DNA of 56,904 nt, counting the filler, from Squatina squatina (Eukaryota): assembly GCA_031763465.1 (NCBI GenBank). It is 4 parts of 3 records of this genome, joined end to end, with 100 filler letters (N's around TTAATTAATTAA, not from the genome) between each part and the next. Parts side by side here need not be neighbours in the genome. Positions count along the whole stretch, not along the records: positions 42,779 to 56,904 come from JARFOE010000001.1; 3 more parts are not named here. One strand, written 5' to 3'. The notes beneath the pieces are model-generated. The model was not told the origin of the DNA, made no database searches, and saw only the letters and a program-made list of their open reading frames with translations. This document shows positions 52,764 through 56,904 of the stretch, piece after piece; position 1 is the first letter of the stretch, and each line of letters opens with the position of its first letter. The translations under genes were made by a program, and so were the position numbers.

Positions 52764-53345
52764 AAATTGTAACACACAACAATCAAACTGTAAAAGGCAG
52801 TAATCAAACTGTATCATGCAGCAATCTAACTGTAACACACAGCAATCCAACTGTAACAAGAAGCAATCAAACTGTAACATGCAGAAGTCAAAATGTAACA
52901 CACAGCAATCAATCTGCAACACACAATCAAACTGTGAAAGACGGTAATCAAACCGTATCATGCAGCATCAAACTGTAACACACAGCAATCAAACTGTGAG
53001 AGATGGTAATCAAACTATAAAACCCAGCAATCAAACTGTAACATAGAGCAATCTAATTGTAATAGGCAGCAATTGAACTGGTGCACACAGCAATCAAACT
53101 ACAAAACACACAATCAAACTGTAACACACAGCAATCAAACTGTTACATACAGCAATCAAATTGTAACACATAGAAATCAAATTGTAACACACAGCAATCA
53201 ACTACAAAACTTGCAATAAATCTGTAACACACAGCAATCAAACTGCAACATACACCAATCAAACTGTATCACACACCAATCAAACTGTATCATGCAGCAA
53301 TCAACCTGTATCACACACCAATCAAACTTTAACACACAGCAAACA
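52764..53345. repeat. 21-bp minisatellite, consensus cacagcaatcaaactgtaaca, about 27-28 imperfect units
   Basis: Visible 21-nt periodicity; begins at a gap, so the true length is unknown. Confidence 0.93.
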
Positions 53346-54947
53346 AACCTCACCAAAGTGCTCATACCAACACAAAGCACCCAGCATTTCCTTTCAACTT
53401 CAAACAAATTGCAACCTCAAAATGTTTTAAAGTCTTCAGATCAATGAACCATATACTTTGGCTATGGCTGTGCGTCTCTAAGTCAAAAAATGCACCAGGA
53501 TGATTACAAGCTCTATACACTATATGATAAATATCCATTATGGTCCATGGAACAAAGTAGGGCTTTTAATTTGTTCTTTATCATTACAATTGTAAAAGAT
53601 TGCCTTTTTTCAAATAATAATGTCTAAACAGTCAATAATCTACACCGAGGACAAAAACAGTACAGTAGTTTCAAAAATATACAACCTCTGTTGCTTTGTA
53701 GTATTTTTCTTTCCATCTGGAGAAAATTTATAAATATTTTTTCAACATTATGCATTACATTAATGGGTCCTTTTATGGGAGGGAAGTATCTATCTACAAA
53801 AAGGCTGCAGTAGAATCTCATGACTTGAGAAGTCATTTATTCAGACTCAGTATAGTGTTTCTGTAACTCTGGTACATTTTCATATGTTTTCACTGTACAA
53901 TAAGCTATTGTTAGGACAGATGACATAAGCAACTGAAATTCAAATTACATGAAATATTATAAAATTATTCTTTTGAAGTACAGTATTGTGTAAATTATAT
54001 TTTAGCTGAGGTTGGTTGGTGTAAAGTAATTTTGCTAAGACAAATTAATTTTGATTTTTATTACTTAAAAGCCATTATGGGTACAAAGCTTGTGGTTTAA
54101 CCTATTTGGCCACTTTCTCAGCTCTTTGTGTTAATGCCCACAATGTCACAGACTTAGGGAAATATCAAACGTGAACCATACACAAAAACATTCACACAAC
54201 CCAGTCTACCATGAATTCTTAGAGTGCAAGCGGGCTGTTGCTGGAACATTCACTCTGTCTAAATTCCTGTCAAAGCACACTGTATATGAACAACATCCCT
54301 GTACAATACTATTACCAGCTCTTCTATTGGCAAAGATATGTTAAAAGATGGCAGATAAACTTCTAGAAGTCTTTTCAACACCTGTAAGCTGCTGCTCTGA
54401 ATATTTATTGAGCAAAAAAAAACTTTACTTAAAGCTGACCACAAAAAAAAAGCTAGTGATTCACAGGAGTGCAGGACTTGGAGCCAACTTTAAAATTCAG
54501 TTCACAACTTAAAAGCACCGACTGAATGTTTTAGTGTTGAGGCAGTGATTCCAAGATCAATCCTTTTAATAAAAATATTTTAGGATCAAACTTTGGACAA
54601 GCTGGAGTCAGTCGCAAAAACAAACTTAAAAACACAGATAAATTGTTGACCATCATTGAAAGTATAAAACAAAAAGTAAACACATAAAATTGTTATTTTC
54701 TTCATTTAGGTCAGTCACTGAATAGTGTTAACAGCTTTTTTAAATATAGGAATGAGGGCAAGAGATAAGCTTGCAGATTCCTCGTGAAGAAAACTGACAT
54801 CAAATGCTAAAGAATTTGTGTCTAAGGAAGAGTAAACGATTGTCGCTATTGCTCTCACAATCATCCCCGTTCTGAGTGCACTGGATATTTGTTGCAGTCA
54901 CTCTGTGGGCTTGCCTGATCCACATCCAGAGACAGGATTAACCCTTC

Positions 54948-55066
54948 TCAAGATTTCACTTCCTCGCAGTCCTGGTCAGTGGAGAGCTCTATGTCAGAAA
55001 GTCCAACTTCAACAGCCAGAATCAGTGAAGTGTCTGAATCACTGCTCACAACTGGTCCTTCATCAT
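54948..55066 (-). CDS. RNF150: RNF150 terminal coding exon
   Basis: Acceptor ttttttctcccttcttgaAG, phase 1. Encodes (N)DEGPVVSSDSDTSLILAVEVGLSDIELSTDQDCEEVKS*, matching the recalled RNF150 end ELSTDQDCEEVKS. An AT-rich 3' UTR follows, with AATAAA candidates at 54404-54409 and 53836-53841. Confidence 0.93.
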
Positions 55067-55607
55067 CTTCAAGAAGGGAGAAAAAAGTACAAAATTATCA
55101 AGTGCATTTATTCTATATCTAATGTTTGTGATAAATTTCAACAGAAGCCTCAAGCTACTAGTTTCCACAGGGAGTATGGAAATTGTACTGTGTAAACTTC
55201 TACTACAAATGGAGTTGCAATTTGGAATAGAACTCTAGGTTTTCGGTCAACACAGGATTAAAAAAAACTTAGAAAAAGCCACCAAAGAAAAAGTTTTGAT
55301 TATTAAAACTGTCAATTCCACCACCCCTGTAGACTGGAATAATACTGTTGGGTTTAAGTGCCAGGACTGCCATTATTCAAAACATTCCTCCACTATTAAT
55401 AAATTCTCATCATATATGCTAGTTGAAGACACTGACATAATCATGTTCCATTGGCACACTCTATCTTACTCCCCCACACCATCTCCAAAAAGGGTGTGAG
55501 GGGTGGTNNNNNNNNNNNNNNNNNNNNNNNNNNNNNNNNNNNNNNNNNNNNNNNNNNNNNNNNNNNNNNNNNNNNNNNNNNNNNNNNNNNNNNNNNNNNN
55601 NNNNNNN

Positions 55608-55845
55608 GTATATACTTCAACGCAAGGAGTCTAGGGAATAAGGTAGATGAGCAGAGGGCACAGGTAGATATTATAGCTATTACTGAGACATAGCTGAAAG
55701 GGCAGGAATGGCAGCTCAACATTCCAGGTTATAGGGTTTTCAGGTGAGATAGAAAAGGACGGGGTGGGAGTCACGTTGGATTGCCGGCATGGACATGATG
55801 GGCCAAACGGCCTCCTTCTGTGCTGTAAATTTCTATGATTCTATA
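55608..55845 (+). mobile_element. CR1 endonuclease start joined directly to a CR1 3' tail
   Basis: IYFNARSLGNKVDE...DIIAITET...LNIPGYRVFR, then gatgggccaaacggcctccttctgtgctgtaaatttctatgattctat. Confidence 0.8.
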
Positions 55846-55989
55846 GGCAAAAAAAATGTAATACCTAATTACATTTATTCTTGAATTCTGAAGGTAAGAA
55901 CAACCCAGTAGTGCAGGTCATTTCTTCCCTATCTTTAATATATTGCAGTATGGGATGAGAAAGGCAATATAATTCTAAGTCAAACTTAC

Positions 55990-56203
55990 TGTTGCTTGTA
56001 GTAATATTAACCTCTTCAACTTGCTGAAGAGCTTCAGTGTCCTGAATGATCTGTGAAAGGCCAATAGTTCGAACAGGAGGATCAAGGCCAACAGAACTCT
56101 CATTCACTGTCACATCACTAGCACCTGTAATCTGATTAGTTGGTGGCCCTCCTATGGATCCGTCAAAATCAGTTGTTACATCGTCTGCACAATCCGCATT
56201 TGG
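55990..56203 (-). CDS. RNF150: RNF150 penultimate exon
   Basis: 214 bp, acceptor ctttttcttatAG, donor GTAAGT, phase 0/1. Encodes PNADCADDVTTDFDGSIGGPPTNQITGASDVTVNESSVGLDPPVRTIGLSQIIQDTEALQQVEEVNITTSN (GGPPTNQITGASD recalled from RNF150) and splices in frame to 55066. Confidence 0.93.
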
Positions 56204-56904
56204 CTATAAGAAAAAGGACACAAGTTACAAGTTGAACAACCAGTTATCGCATTTCCTGGTAAATAAAAAAGACATAGCTATAGATATCTCTTATTTCACA
56301 GTACATGGATAAACAATTGATTGAAGAGGGCAATCAGAAAGCTTGGATGGTTACTGTCGGAGGGCAAAAGATAAAAAATGGTATGGGTGTGACAAATACA
56401 GAGCAAAGCATTCAACTAAATAAATGAAACGGATTTTACAGTATGTGGCTGCATTTTTCAGCCTAGAAGATAACACTAATCAAGAACAATTTTTACAAGT
56501 ATTTCCATTCCTTATATGGATGCAACAGACCAAACTGAACTTTCAAACTCCAACAGATGTTTCTCTTTCAAACACTGCAGAAAATCCTGCCTCAAAATTT
56601 CTCTTAGTAACCACAATGCTACCAATCAACAGAAGCTACAAGCTAACCAATTAACATGTACCATGCGTTCACAGCTATGATAATTACACAATCAATTTAT
56701 AACCCTCCCCCAGCTATTTGCAAAACATGTCATTTATGTCTCAACCTCATTATGTAAGCTCTGGTAAATGTATCTTATTTTTATTCACATTCTGACGTGT
56801 TCTAACCTAAGTTTTTATTTGTTTCTATTTATAGCCAAACAGATGTGTCAAGAGTTCCATTGGAGATTAAATTTATCCAGTGATTTGGCTCAACACTGTT
56901 ACAC

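Noticed and set aside
52764-53345. CRISPR-like array
   Set aside because: Head-to-tail degenerate units with no unique spacers, no cas genes, and a vertebrate context.

Overview
This is vertebrate genomic DNA, not prokaryotic. The repeat content (CR1, L2, Penelope-like, DeuSINE-type SINEs, PIF/Harbinger) points to a cartilaginous fish, most likely a shark. It is a fragmented draft scaffold with many 100-N gaps, two 10-N gaps, one 366-N gap and three artificial 44N-TTAATTAATTAA-44N linkers. The linkers split it into four unrelated blocks: (1) 1-15145, six minus-strand exons of a CPNE7-like copine plus one ARHGAP32-like exon; (2) 15246-30308, the 3' end of PRDM5; (3) 30409-42678, mostly CR1 LINE and DNA-transposon debris; (4) 42779-56904, four TBC1D9 exons and the last two RNF150 exons, in the human gene order. 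All gene names come from recognising hand-translated, GT-AG-bounded exons against remembered vertebrate proteins; no database search was run. I found no convincing new biological system. The best leads are two breaks in gene structure inside ungapped sequence (an ARHGAP32 exon 460 bp from a CPNE7 exon, and a PRDM5 terminal exon missing its 5' part), a hammerhead-ribozyme-like core in Penelope 3' ends, and a Harbinger family with Myb/SANT exons and a recurring internal palindrome. Assembly artefact is the leading alternative for both breaks.
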